Source: Octopus bimaculoides (lineage: Eukaryota). From it: a stretch of 63,310 nucleotides of DNA. The translations under genes and the position numbers were made by a program. Under the pieces are notes generated by a model. It did not search any database, was not told the origin of the DNA, and saw nothing but the letters and a program-made list of their open reading frames with translations. Positions 38,327-50,790 of this stretch are shown here, piece after piece; position 1 is the first letter of the stretch; each line of letters opens with the position of its first letter. The stretch is taken from assembly GCF_001194135.2 (NCBI RefSeq), contig NC_068992.1:48669429-48732738 (forward strand), given 5' to 3'.

Positions 38327-38334
38327 TATTGCCT

Positions 38335-38660
38335 TTGCACAGCTTCTAATGGTGGAGATGTACTACATTGCCAGCTATTCACTACCAGTAAACTATGGTA
38401 ACAACTGTTATTTTTCGAGGACCTTCCGGAGTATTCGAGCGGTTCCAAGCAGCGCTGTTTTCTGCAAGTGCTCCACCCTTATTGCAACCCCTATTTTTTT
38501 CCACGTACTTCTTGAGATTTTTGCTCACTGTTCCCAGGACTCCGACAATTATTGGTACTACTGCTACCTTTTTATCGACCACAACTGCTTAACTTCCCAA
38601 GCTAACCTCTCATATCTCTCGACTTTTCTCTCTTCCTCATCGCATACCTTGTTGTCAGCT
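38335..38660 (-). mobile_element. R4/Dong-type LINE 3' end with (AAT)n tail
   Basis: KKVAVVPIIVGVLGTVSKNLKKYVEK (ORF 38382-38582), then LQKTALLGTARILRKVLE in the next frame. The 3' end abuts (TAA)n at 38295-38330. Confidence 0.8.
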
Positions 38661-38689
38661 GGGCATGCTATATCTATGATTCAGCATAG

Positions 38690-38870
38690 TTTGTTTTAGC
38701 GGAATTTCGTCTGTCTTTACGTTCCGAGTTTAAATTCCGCTGAGGTCGACTTTGCCTTTCATCTTTCCGAGGTCGATAAAACAAGTACCACCTGATCACT
38801 GGAGTCGATGTTATTGACTTATACCCTCCGCCGAACTTGCTGGCGTCGTGCAAAAATGTGAAACCATCAT
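38690..38870 (+). mobile_element. SINE family A, well preserved
   Basis: tttacgttccgagtttaaattccgctgaggtcgactttgcctttcatc..gtcgataaaacaagtacc, with an (ATC)/(ATT) tail. Confidence 0.85.
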
Positions 38871-38999
38871 CATCATCATCATCATTATTATTATTGACAG
38901 ACATTTCGTTTCAAGGAGCGAAATGAAACTTTGATTTGTTGGTATTTCTTCTGCACATAATACCAAAAATAGCAAAAGGAACAAGAAAGAATTATCATA

Positions 39000-39850
39000 G
39001 TTGTTTGTCCTAAGGTAACACCAGACACAACTTGTAAAGTGGCAAATGAATTATTCCTGTCCTCATACACAGAAGCGAACCATGTGACCTAATAACCTCC
39101 ACCTCCAACCATATCCAGCGAAGAAAGGGAGACTCGTTCATGACAGCTACAACAGCGAGTACTAAACAGGTTGGAAGTATTCCTCCGTAACGGTAATGCG
39201 ACATCCATTTATGAGGATGGAGACAAGATGGGAGACCAAGAGGAAAAGTAGAACTTCTTAAGAAAGCAAGAAAGACCCAATCGAAATTTTTCAAAACTAC
39301 AATAAATATGAGAGAGGAGTAAACTCATCTGAAACAGATACTCTCTCCGCGGAATAAGAACCCATATCTTTAGAATGAGAACCATTATTCTTTGAGAAAG
39401 AATCAATTTTCTCATTCAATGAAATAAGTCCTATGTTTTTTCTATATTTCTTCCAGCCGTTCTGACTAATATAGAAAAGGTTATTATTATGGATCTTGTG
39501 GTTATCATTGTTAATAACGACAATAAGGTTCATACAGAAATGGAATAGTGTGACAGATAGCCGGAAAATTGAGAAGATTAAGAAAGGAAAAGATACTAAA
39601 ATTAAAATATACATCGTTGGGAGGGTGTAAGTTCAATGTATGAAGAGGAACCAATCTAATAAAACTCTTTGAAGAATAAAATACCAAAGGATGAGTGATT
39701 TAAACTACACGGGAACAGATTTAAGTAGATATCAAGGCGAGACTCTTCATTACTTCAGTAAAGCGGTCACTTACAGAAATTGTGAGTTTTCAATTGCTTC
39801 GAAAAGGTGATTGAAGATAAAATTTATTTGGTCACATATATAGACATTGA
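39000..39850 (+). mobile_element. R4/Dong-type RT fragment, very decayed
   Basis: IQRRKGDSF (resembling GIFQGDSL) and later motif remnants. 39610-39830 resembles 44090-44350 on the minus strand. Confidence 0.5.
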
Positions 39851-40226
39851 GACAGATCCTTTCAATAATGGAGAAAGAGAGAGTGAAATAAACAAGAATC
39901 AACACCGGAAATACCTGGTTTCATAGAATGACAATGAAATGAAAATGCAGTAGGAATTGTCAAGTATCTCCTTATTCATGAGGCTAAACGTGAATGGTAT
40001 CAAACGGATGTTCATCAAAACGATTTACTAAGTGTAAGCAACAACGGCATCAATATCTGTCTATGCTTGGACGCCATCTCTGTTTCTTCGGTTTAAGTGT
40101 AATTGTCATTGTTGTTGTTCTTTAGCACCGAATCAGCCATGGTTAATCAATGGCGTTGCAGATGTATTCATTCTGCCTCTGATGTATGTATTCATGTGTG
40201 AGTGTCTGTGTGTGTGTATTTATATA

Positions 40227-40229
<3 letters not shown>

Positions 40230-40318
<89 letters not shown>

Positions 40319-40320
40319 TT
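40230..40320. repeat. (TG)n, about 45 units
   Basis: Read directly from the sequence. Confidence 0.95.
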
Positions 40321-40819
40321 TGCGTGTGTGCGTCTTTGCGTGTGTGCGTCCATCCGTGTGTCTGTCAAGAATTACATTGTCTAATGTAGTCTTCCATTCT
40401 CAAGGCGTGCAGGAGGGCCATTTTGGAAAGCTTTGGCTGCTATTCTGAAAATATTAAGCGACCATGTAGTAGCTTCCTTTTCCTCCTACCCATCACATTT
40501 CGTGAAATTAATGCATGACATACTGGAGAAAAGGTTGCCATTCCAAGCTTCATTCCAAGAAATTATTCTCCTGGTGACGAAGTAGTGGGATATAGAAATC
40601 AAAATGTTCCAAACTCTTTCACCAGTTAGCACTAACCGATCTATCGATCTGGTACACATAGCTATGTAACATGACAAATCGCAATAATCTTAGTACATAA
40701 GATGAAAGAAAATGGCTAAGATTGCCATGGTGTAGCCGTCGAACTCCAGTCGAACCAAAACTGCTATTCAACCTCGTTTCCTTGACGTGGGTGTTGCAGC
40801 TCCTTTACGCTCCATTCCG

Positions 40820-40950
40820 GGTTGGGAGAAGTCAATAATCAATTAAGTCGACCCTTGTAATTGAAAGATATCATCGATACCTTCTGATATCACTTCGAAC
40901 AGAACTGAAAGCAAAGCTGACTGCGGCGGGATTTGAACATGTGTGGTTAA
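40820..40950 (-). mobile_element. SINE family A, partial
   Basis: aagtcgaccc..aaagcaaagctgactgcggcgggatttgaac. Confidence 0.65.
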
Positions 40951-41897
40951 CTAGAACACACACAGCAAGTCTGTCTCTCGAACGATCACAAATACATACA
41001 TACAGACAAAAATATGTATATANNNNNNNNNNNNNNNNNNNNNNNNNNNNNNNNNNNNNNNNNNNNNNNNNNNNNNNNNNNNNNNNNNNNNNNNNNNNNN
41101 NNNNNNNNNNNNNNNNNNNNNNNNNNNNNNNNNNNNNNNNNNNNNNNNNNNNNNNNNNNNNNNNNNNNNNNNNNNNNNNNNNNNNNNNNNNNNNNNNNNN
41201 NNNNNNNNNNNNNNNNNNNNNNNNNNNNNNNNNNNNNNNNNNNNNNNNNNNNNNNNNNNNNNNNNNNNNNNNNNNNNNNNNNNNNNNNNNNNNNNNNNNN
41301 NNNNNNNNNNNNNNNNNNNNNNNNNNNNNNNNNNNNNNNNNNNNNNNNNNNNNNNNNNNNNNNNNNNNNNNNNNNNNNNNNNNNNNNNNNNNNNNNNNNN
41401 NNNNNNNNNNNNNNNNNNNNNNNNNNNNNNNNNNNNNNNNNNNNNNNNNNNNNNNNNNNNNNNNNNNNNNNNNNNNNNNNNNNNNNNNNNNNNNNNNNNN
41501 NNNNNNNNNNNNNNNNNNNNNNNNNNNNNNNNNNNNNNNNNNNNNNNNNNNNNNNNNNNNNNNNNNNNNNNNNNNNNNNNNNNNNNNNNNNNNNNNNNNN
41601 NNNNNNNNNNNNNNNNNNNNNNNNNNNNNNNNNNNNNNNNNNNNNNNNNNNNNNNNNNNNNNNNNNNNNNNNNNNNNNNNNNNNNNNNNNNNNNNNNNNN
41701 NNNNNNNNNNNNNNNNNNNNNNNNNNNNNNNNNNNNNNNNNNNATATATATATATATATATATAATTCGTTAGTGGCTGATATAAATTTGTATTTGCGTA
41801 TTTATCTATGTGTATTATGTTATGAGTTCAAGTGTGTGTGAAATTCTGTAGTTGCTGATCTAAAATAGACGTGTCTTTCCGTACCTATGTCTGTATG

Positions 41898-41956
<59 letters not shown>

Positions 41957-42062
41957 CTACACACACACACAAACACATACACACACATATATATATATAA
42001 ATATGCATATATATATAATGTATATGTTATATACGCTATACACATTTATTGTATAATTACCG

Positions 42063-42131
<69 letters not shown>

Positions 42132-42349
42132 TGTACGTACGTATGTATGTATATGTGCGTGCTTGTATGCGTGCATACCATCCATGTGTATGTAATTATA
42201 CAGTCTTTGTCGCAATTGAAGTAATCATCATAATGAAATTATACAATTCCCTTTACAATCTCCCCCCATCTCCACAATAATATGACGTTAAAATATGGCG
42301 ACACAAGTCGATTCTTGACTTATAACATTAAAATACATTTTTATGCTTT

Positions 42350-43300
42350 TTTGTTTATTTTTTAATTTTTTCTTTGTCATTTTGTTTTTATTGTTGATAC
42401 CGAAATGTCTTGGTTTCCAATTGGAATTGAATTACGAAGACTTCATTCACACAATTCTTTATTTTTATAATTATAATGAAGTTATTTTAGTTCAAGTAAA
42501 AAGACATATTTCTTGCTTCACTAAAATGTTCTGTGTATTTCCCAGCATGCATCTGTTTTACAGAAAACATAGTAATATTTATTTGCTATTTTTATACGTT
42601 TTTTCTTCTTTTTCCTTTTAGTATCAAGTTAGAAATTATCTCTTTCGGTTAGTTTCTTCCGTGTTTCGATAAACATTTATAGAAATTCTTCTGTCGTTTG
42701 TGTATTTCATTCTAATACAGAATTGAAGAATTCTGCTGCACTAAATTTGTTCCAAAACGTACCATTCTATCTTCTTTCAAATTGACGATTCAAAACAAAT
42801 CGCTTCGGAGAAAATATTCTTAGACGTCATTGCTTTTTGAAGATGACTTTTTCCGTTTGCTTTGATCTGTGAAAACTATTCTTGTTTTGAAGACTAATCA
42901 TGGTTTCTTCGTTGTTGAATTCTTACATTTCTTTGCTTCGTGACCTTAAGGGCAGAAAACTATAATTTTTGTTGGTGTTGTTCTTGACAATTTGCGTCCG
43001 TCACCAAAACATGTAGCTGAGGTTGACAGTACGTGTTAGAAGGAGGTTTTTAATACCAAAATCGGAATTGAATTGTAATCAATAACAAATCAACATGGCT
43101 TCTATGAAAAGTCGGAGACGCGAGCAGAAGATAAAAGTAACGTGGAAAGAGATAGTAGTACAAATGTAGTTATAACGTGACGAGAAGTCCTACTGCATGT
43201 CTTTACACAATCATCATCGTGTGTAGGAAGTATACATTGGTTATGCAAGCATATCACGTAATTGTTCTTTATACTGTATATACTTATCATGTTTGGTGTT
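42350..43300 (-). mobile_element. Possible decayed RTE/CR1-type endonuclease-linker remnant
   Basis: Faint IDYIL..R.R.. and SDHR-like motif remnants in an A-rich coding-like tract. Confidence 0.3.
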
Positions 43301-43446
43301 GTAGTTGACGGAAACAAAGACGCGTTTTAAGAACGGATGTAAGAATTCAGTCTAATCAGGCTTGTATATGTCACTAGGGGATAAGAAAAACACTCGTTAA
43401 TTATAAACTACCACCGCTGCTCACAACAATGAGCTTTACTTATCAT

Positions 43447-43710
43447 ATTCAGCCCAAGATAAAGTGGCCGCTACACGGTCACTTGAGCCGGGACAAATAA
43501 CAGCCAAATCTCCTTCAAGTCATATCTTACCGCTTTGATTAAAAAAGGCATTTTGAAAACATCCAATTCATTATTACTGTGGATGTGAATATGCAAAGTT
43601 AAATATAGATAACAGAGGCGGTAGTGAACTGAGCTAAATACTTTAAAGCATTTGAGGTCGTCCGTCAGACACTGTTTAATGTGGATCAACATATGCAGCT
43701 TAAACAAAGG
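43447..43710 (+). mobile_element. SINE-like family C flanked by ~83-bp direct repeats
   Basis: aaataacagccaaatctccttcaa..aaaaaagg..ttaaacaa. Flanks 43364-43446 and 43711-43793 differ at about 10 of 83 positions. Confidence 0.7.
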
Positions 43711-43989
43711 GTATATATCACTGGAGGATAAGAAAAACATTCGTTGATAATAAACTACCATCGTTGCTCATAACAATGAGTTTTACTTATCATTTGCCGT
43801 CATTGAACGAGTTGTAGATCACTGACGACTACTTATTAACCGTACCCATTTAACCACTATATACTACCCTTGTTTACTGTTGAACCCAAAATTACCGACA
43901 CTGTGTCAATGAGGTTATCTTAGAGTGCAGATACCATTTTTTGCGTCCCATAAAAGCAAAAAGCCCCAACAAACCAAGCTTCCTCAGTA

Positions 43990-44420
43990 ACAGAAGACTC
44001 GAGAAACGAATTATATACCAAGTTTGGAAGAATGTGTTTCCTTAATACCAATTTACTACGACCCTTCAAAAATGCAATTCCATTACGCGTCGAAAACGTA
44101 TTTATGTAACCAAATAAACTTCACCTCCTCTAAGCAACTCTAAACTCATAATGTACTTAAAACTTACCTCTTTGCTGAAGTAATGAACTGACTCTGCATG
44201 ATATCTACTTACATCTTTTTTTACGGCATGATATCTACTTACATCTTTTTTCATTTAATTTAAATCAGCCATCTTTGGATATTTTGCTCTTCAATAGAAT
44301 TTTAAACATTGTAATTTCCAGAATTCGATTGGTTCCTCTTCATACATTGTTATTGCATCCTCCTACTGCTGTATATTTCGAGTATCTTTTTCTCCATTTT
44401 TAGTTTTCTCAATGCTACTG
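43990..44420 (-). mobile_element. R4/Dong-type fragment
   Basis: The reverse complement shares caatgtatgaagaggaaccaatc...aagtagatatca...ttcattacttcag with 39625-39760. Confidence 0.5.
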
Positions 44421-45229
44421 GCATTTGTCACCCTATTCCTTTTGTTCGTGACCCTATTGTCACTATTAACAATAACAACCACAACATTCTAATAACCTTT
44501 TCTCTTTATTAACAACAACAGCTCGGAGATATATGATAAAACACATGTTGACGTTAAACAGAGAACTTGCTCCTCAAAAGATATTGAAATGTCATTCTCC
44601 TTTTATTTAATGTACGCAGTGTTCCCGTCATTTGCTCTCCAATTCCTTTTCTATGTGACGCTCCCCTCATTGTAATAAGCAACAACAAAATAGCAACAAT
44701 TATAATAATAAACTCTTCTTTAATTAGCCTCGAAGGGATGTAAAAAATATGATAACTTCAAGCAGGGATCTTTCAAAATCCTGCGATATAAGATAGATAA
44801 GTTACATAAATATGATTGGACGAATTAAAAACGTATAAAATAAATTTACTAAAACAAATTAGAAAAATGTATGATAACGTACAGAAAAAATAAGACAATA
44901 CATTTATATAAAACCTGAAACTTCTACTTGTTTTAATCAGTGCACTCCACATTCCTGACAACGCTTCGCTGTGCCACCCACTTGTACAAAGCTGATATCT
45001 CTAATCTCATTTATGAGGAGTTCTTGTGATGGGCTCTGTCTCCTGGATATTTAAAATTATAATACATCGTAAAGCCTCTCTTATACTTAAGACATTATTC
45101 TGTTCTTTTTGTATGCTGATGAAAATTCGATTCCTTTCCTTCCTGATCTGCATTTTGTTTAGATATTTATTTTACATATTATATAAAGTGATTAAAACAA
45201 AGTCAAAAGGGTTATGTAAGGGGTTATGT

Positions 45230-45720
45230 CAGTACTCTCCCTGATGACTAAACGGTAAATAAAAGTAATGTAACACAATCTACACAGCCCACACAACTTA
45301 CACAACACATATATTCTATGCAACCGCCATCCAGCACTAAAAGAACTAACACACATCTCGTACAGAATGTAGAAACATAATTCCCTGACATTGAAAGCGA
45401 ACGATGTGCACAGCATATTTCTACACAACGAAAAGCAGAAACGAGAATTTGGCTTGAAAATATGTCTCAAGGCAAACTTTGATCATAGAAAAATTAATAA
45501 AAACTACCAATATCATAGTAGATGCGGAAGCAGAAATAAGAGAGTTGAAGCAAACATAGACTTATAAATAGTTGAGAATTATTGAATACAACAGAGTACA
45601 ATACACACACAAATGAAAGAAAATGTTAAGAAGGAATATTGTAGACGCGTTAGATTAACATCTTAGAGAGAGTGATAAAGACAAAAACCAAGGTGATATG
45701 AATCAATACTTTAGATGAGC
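45230..45720 (+). mobile_element. R4/Dong-type RT fragment
   Basis: EFGLKICLKANF..AEIRELKQT*TYK*LRIIE..QMKENVKKEYCRRVRL. Confidence 0.7.
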
Positions 45721-46054
45721 TAGATACGTAATTATTTGTAGTTATAATCTTCTCAGCGAAATGAATTTGTATGACGAGACAGGGAAATAAGAGGACAGTG
45801 ACCGAATTTTAATACTAAAATAATAACTGAAGCAGAAATATCATATTTACTGCGGATAGAAAGCAAAAGGAACCTTCTGCCACAAGAAAAATTATTATGA
45901 AATATCTATTATAAATATGTATATTATAAAGCATGTATTCACAGCAAAAATAACCCCCTAAGGAAAAAGTGGAACCAAAACAAAAATATTTTTTTAAACT
46001 TAAGGATAGGAATACATATAAAACAAACACTTTTCAAGAGGAAAGAGAAACTGC

Positions 46055-46112
<58 letters not shown>

Positions 46113-46159
46113 TACATACATACATACATACATACATACATACATACATACATACGCAG

Positions 46160-46502
46160 ACTTCGGTAATAAAAATTCGTGGAACCCTTCGTAGATCAAT
46201 AATTCCCTTCGTGGATCAATAATTTACATGGTCTCAACGATTAGCCGGAAATTATTTTTACAATGAGAATATCTGAAATAAACTCGACTGCTACCAAAAG
46301 TCAAGTAAAAAACAGGAAAAGGAATCCAGAATCCTTGTCCGGTACCGGATCGATCCCAAAATCTAATCAGTTCGTGCCAGTCACGAGGCCAAACATCTCT
46401 GTAAGTTTCATCCGAATCCATCCAATGGTTCTTGAGACATCTTATCCACGAAGAAACAAACGAACAAACAATGCCCCCGCCTTTGCTAAGGCGGAGGTAA
46501 TA
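46160..46502 (+). mobile_element. Non-autonomous Helentron-associated (HINE/DINE-like) element
   Basis: 3' subterminal hairpin CCGCCTT-tgct-AAGGCGG followed by AGGTAAT (46477-46501). A 21-bp internal tandem repeat lies at 46165-46205. Confidence 0.45.
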
Positions 46503-46973
46503 ATTCTTTCAAATTTTGACACAACGTCAGAAACTCTGAGAGGAGATGGAAGCTGGTTACATCAACTTCACAGTACTATATTTAGACAGCATCGAAATAT
46601 TAAGGATAAATTTAACCTCGGTGGGATATCAGTTCTAAATATAAAAAAAAAAAACTGGAAGCAATTCTGCTAAGCACTTTGTTCGATGCACTAATGATGT
46701 GCTCGTTCGTCTTATGAAAATAATAATTTAACATTAACATTTAACACTCATTGCACTGACTCCTGAGAAGTCAAGTTTAACCAAATATTTAAAATCAGAG
46801 TTACGATTTACTAAACGTGTTTCTTTACATATGTAAGTGTGTGCATATATGTCTGTGTGTACGTATGTATATGTGTATATTTGTTCGTGCATGTGTATAA
46901 ATGTGTATATATGTATATATCTCAATATATACAAATACACACACAGATATATATATATATATATATATATATA

Positions 46974-47230
46974 TGGTGGTTGTCTACTCCTTAAACAGAG
47001 TTTGACCACCTCCTGCACCTACACCTTAGCCATTTCATGGCGTCTGATGTGGCTTTTTAAACCAGACAGTGTTTTGAAAAAACACCCACACAGATTGCAC
47101 CTCTGATTTGCACTACCAATACCTGCAAGTAAGTTCTGCTCATTGTGGATCCTAACATGTCTTTTAAGACCCCCATTGGATTTGCAAACCCTCTGGCACA
47201 CACCACATTCAAACGTGTGCACAGACATAT
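46974..47230 (-). mobile_element. 3' end of an RTE-like LINE with two C-terminal C2H2 fingers
   Basis: FECGVCQRVCKSNGGLKRHVRIH...[22 protein letters not shown], stop at 47019, ~45-nt 3' UTR ending ACAACCACCA-(TA)n. There are no TGEKP linkers. Confidence 0.6.
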
Positions 47231-48489
47231 ANNNNNNNNNNNNNNNNNNNNNNNNNNNNNNNNNNNNNNNNNNNNNNNNNNNNNNNNNNNNNNNNNNNNN
47301 NNNNNNNNNNNNNNNNNNNNNNNNNNNNNNNNNNNNNNNNNNNNNNNNNNNNNNNNNNNNNNNNNNNNNNNNNNNNNNNNNNNNNNNNNNNNNNNNNNNN
47401 NNNNNNNNNNNNNNNNNNNNNNNNNNNNNNNNNNNNNNNNNNNNNNNNNNNTATATATATATACATACATACATATATATGTTCATGTGTGCATATGTGC
47501 ACGAGTATATGTACGAGTGTAAATAAAGAGATTGCTGTGTTGTCTTTTCGTGAATATCATACGACAAACATCTGTATTGAAACAACAATAACAGCAGTAG
47601 CAGCAGCCACAGCAGCAACAGCAGTTGAAACACCAGCAACAACAATAACAACAACAATAACACAGTAGCAACAGCGTCACTACCAGCAGCTGCAACAGCA
47701 ACAACAAGAGTAAGAAGTAAAAGAAGAAGCAGGGGAAAGATTTTTAAACAAGCAAACAAATATTAGTTTATTGTGAACGTAGAACGCTTCAAAGATTGAT
47801 GAGAGAAGAGTCTACAGGCCTGAGACGACCTTTTCTAACTCCACATTCTGATGATTCTAGATTTCAACTTCCTGAGAAGTTTTATTTCATTAATTTTTGT
47901 TGTTTTTTTTACTTATTTATTATATTTATTCCTATTATTTATTTATTTATTTATTGCTTTCCAAAGTTCATAAACTTTTGATATTTTTCGAGGAAATACT
48001 TTTTTTGCATTTATTTTTGATTTTGTTTCATACACCACTACCATCAGCACCACCAGTTATCACCAACTCGACCTCGACCCTTCCATCTTATCTCTTACTG
48101 AGATATCTAATACAAGATTGCCCTGAAGTAAACAAAAATAAACATATTTATATTAATATATTTATGCTCATAATAAATATCAAATACATTAGTAAATGAT
48201 TGTGTATGTGGTGGGTGCGCATGCGTGTGTGTTATAAATTGGATTTAATATTTAAATTTACAAATTAAATTTGCTAAATGTCTTTTCAAACCGAAAGGTT
48301 TATCTTGATTTCAAGAAAAGGGGACTGTGTAGCTCCTTAAACGAATTGCAAGGGTTCTTTTATTAAATGACAGCATGACATACTGACCAGTGACATACTG
48401 AGATCGATTTAATCGATTATAGGTAAAATAATTTTTCGAAATCTATAGGTTTTTTTCTTTTTTTTTTTTTAGTGCGGTTGTATTAAAAT

Positions 48490-48690
48490 AGTGACAGGCG
48501 ACATGATGGCAGACACGTTAGAGCATCCGAAAAAATGCTTTGTGGTATTTGTTCAAGATCTTTACATTCTGAGTTCGACACTCTTCCACCGTTGGCAAAA
48601 TAAAATTTCAGCCAAGTATTGGAGTCAATGGCATCCTCTAACCCCTTTTCCTCGAAACTGCTGACCTCGTTCCTAAATCAGAAACTATCG
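48490..48690 (+). mobile_element. SINE family A
   Basis: ggcagacacgttagagcatccg..tttacattctgagttcga..gctgacctcgt..aaatcagaaac. Confidence 0.65.
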
Positions 48691-48789
48691 TTAAAACTGA
48701 TAGATTGTTACGTGTCATCAATAAAGTTCTAAATTCAAATATCACCGACGCCGATTCAGCGCTTCATTTAATCATTTACTAATATCAAT

Positions 48790-49000
48790 GTGTTTATTGT
48801 TTAAACCCAGTCCAGGACCGAATGTGCAGATCTATGATTGAAAAAAATTATGACTGCGATCATTTGTCTTTATTCATATACCAAGGACTACATTGTTCAA
48901 TGTATTCTTTCATTTTTTTAAGATGATGGTGCGTGACTTAATGGAGAAACATCGGTGTTATTTTTAGCAGGTCAAGCAATCATGTAAAGGACCATTCACT
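48790..49000 (-). mobile_element. SINE-like family C
   Basis: tgtttaaaccc..ggactacattgttcaatgt..ttttttaagatg..ttttagcaggtcaagc. Confidence 0.65.
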
Positions 49001-49571
49001 GGCGTGCTGTGATACTACGGACTACAACGGTGTGGAGCCAACATAGGTGAACTGTGCCATGATCATGAACACACCGCAATATTGGTGACTTTGGTCAATC
49101 TGGCACCAATTGACTTCTGCCTGAAGAGATACTATTAATTTTTTATCCACCACCACCATCATTCCTGCGCCCTAGAACGAGAACTTCATATATCGATGCA
49201 TTCATTTTTATTTTTATATTTCTTGGTGACTAATAAATGCTTGGAGCAAGAAGGCAACAAAATATTCTAGAGATTCTGAAAGAAAAATAGAAATGGTGAA
49301 ATTAATATCACCGCAGCCAAGTCAGAAAGTCTGCTAGAAATATAATTATCTTTCCTGTTTTTTTAAATTTTTATTTTTATTTTTTTTTTCGCTTTTGTCT
49401 TTCCAAACAAAATCACTGAATACAATCATGAAATTAAGAAAATACATTTTAAAAAAATGTGACCAAGAGTAAAAAAATCTATGCATACACACATAACACA
49501 TATACGCATATGCACACATACATATATACATGCCAATACATACATGCATATAAGTATTATATAAATAAATG

Positions 49572-49636
<65 letters not shown>

Positions 49637-49643
49637 ATGTATG

Positions 49644-49689
<46 letters not shown>

Positions 49690-50539
49690 GGTGTGTGTGT
49701 CGTATGTATAAAACAGGAAGTGAGAGAAGTCGGTTTTGTATAGGTTGGTTTGGTTGATATTATTCTGAGGTTGAACCCCTTCATGTAATTTATTAATTTT
49801 TTATAAATATATCTTTAATTTATGCCTAGTCATGTGTTGAGAGATTGCTTATCGTTCATCCCTGTGCAGCACTCTTTCGAAATGGCTGTATTTCTTACAT
49901 TGTCTTTCTAATGTGTGTAGATCTATTAGTTCTCTTAGAATCAGGATGATTTTATTATGCTGAATTAGGTGACTCTAGAGGTGATTTTTTTAACACGTTG
50001 AAACATCCGATCAACCGAAGAACACCGATGATGTGTTTTTTCCGTCATATTACCCTCTTCGATTGTCAGATTTCGGAGTTAATATCTTCTAGTTTTTATT
50101 TATTCAATTTTTTGTTTGTATAATACAATCTTTGGTGTGTTATTTAGTCTACATCTATTATTTTTCTGGTCCTTTCTTTGTTTTTTGGAGAAATATCATT
50201 TACGTGAGACCCTGCATTTTCTTCTATTTTCTGTATATGAACTAGTGGCTAATTGGTTGTTCACTCCAGTGAGAATCTTGTCCACGTTTAAACTGGCATT
50301 CTGCTTATGAGAAAGTGATAAAGAAAAATTGTATTTCATACAAAATAAAAAAAAAACATCAGAATCAAGAGGATAAAGAATATCTCGTCCAACCTACACC
50401 GAAAACTAAAAACTTCAAATACAGCGAAAAAAATATATTTGGAAGCTAAAAGTTGATTTAAACTCTAATATAAGGTGACTAATAGTAGATAATGTTATCC
50501 TTCTTTACTAAACGTAGAACTGTAACGCCATTATTCAAC

Positions 50540-50790
50540 AGCTATATCTACTTGACATAAAATGGAATCGTGTGCTGTTGTAGACATCAGAAATAAAATT
50601 ATGTGAAAAACTCTTCCCATTTGCAGAGAGTGTAGATATCCTGAGATCAGGTAAGGGTGGAAATATGGAATGATGTCAGCGTAATAGTAGTAGCGGACAA
50701 CACCTATGCTTATCCAGCATGATAGCAGTATATACCATCCTCCATAATGCATTTGCAGTCAAGAAGAAATATGAAGTGACCAATGAAAAT
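50540..50790 (+). mobile_element. Possible RLE-domain remnant
   Basis: ESCAVVDI...RYPEIR*GWKYGMM..VVA loosely resembles the C..IDIA.P...KY.DL..EI.RMW pattern. Confidence 0.3.

Noticed and set aside
40524-40661. 138-nt symmetric minus-strand exon candidate
   Set aside because: No recognisable homology and no phase link to the supported exons.
43364-43793. CRISPR-like or LTR-like interpretation of the direct repeats
   Set aside because: There are only two repeats, no TG..CA ends or primer-binding site, and the interior is a SINE-like family seen elsewhere without them.
47019-47230. Host C2H2 zinc-finger gene
   Set aside because: It lacks TGEKP linkers, has a retroposon-like short UTR with a (TA)n tail, and has a decayed relative at 54.8 kb.
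50627-50650. 24-nt plus-strand microexon with strong splice signals
   Set aside because: It lies within a probable RLE LINE remnant, and no plus-strand gene is otherwise supported.
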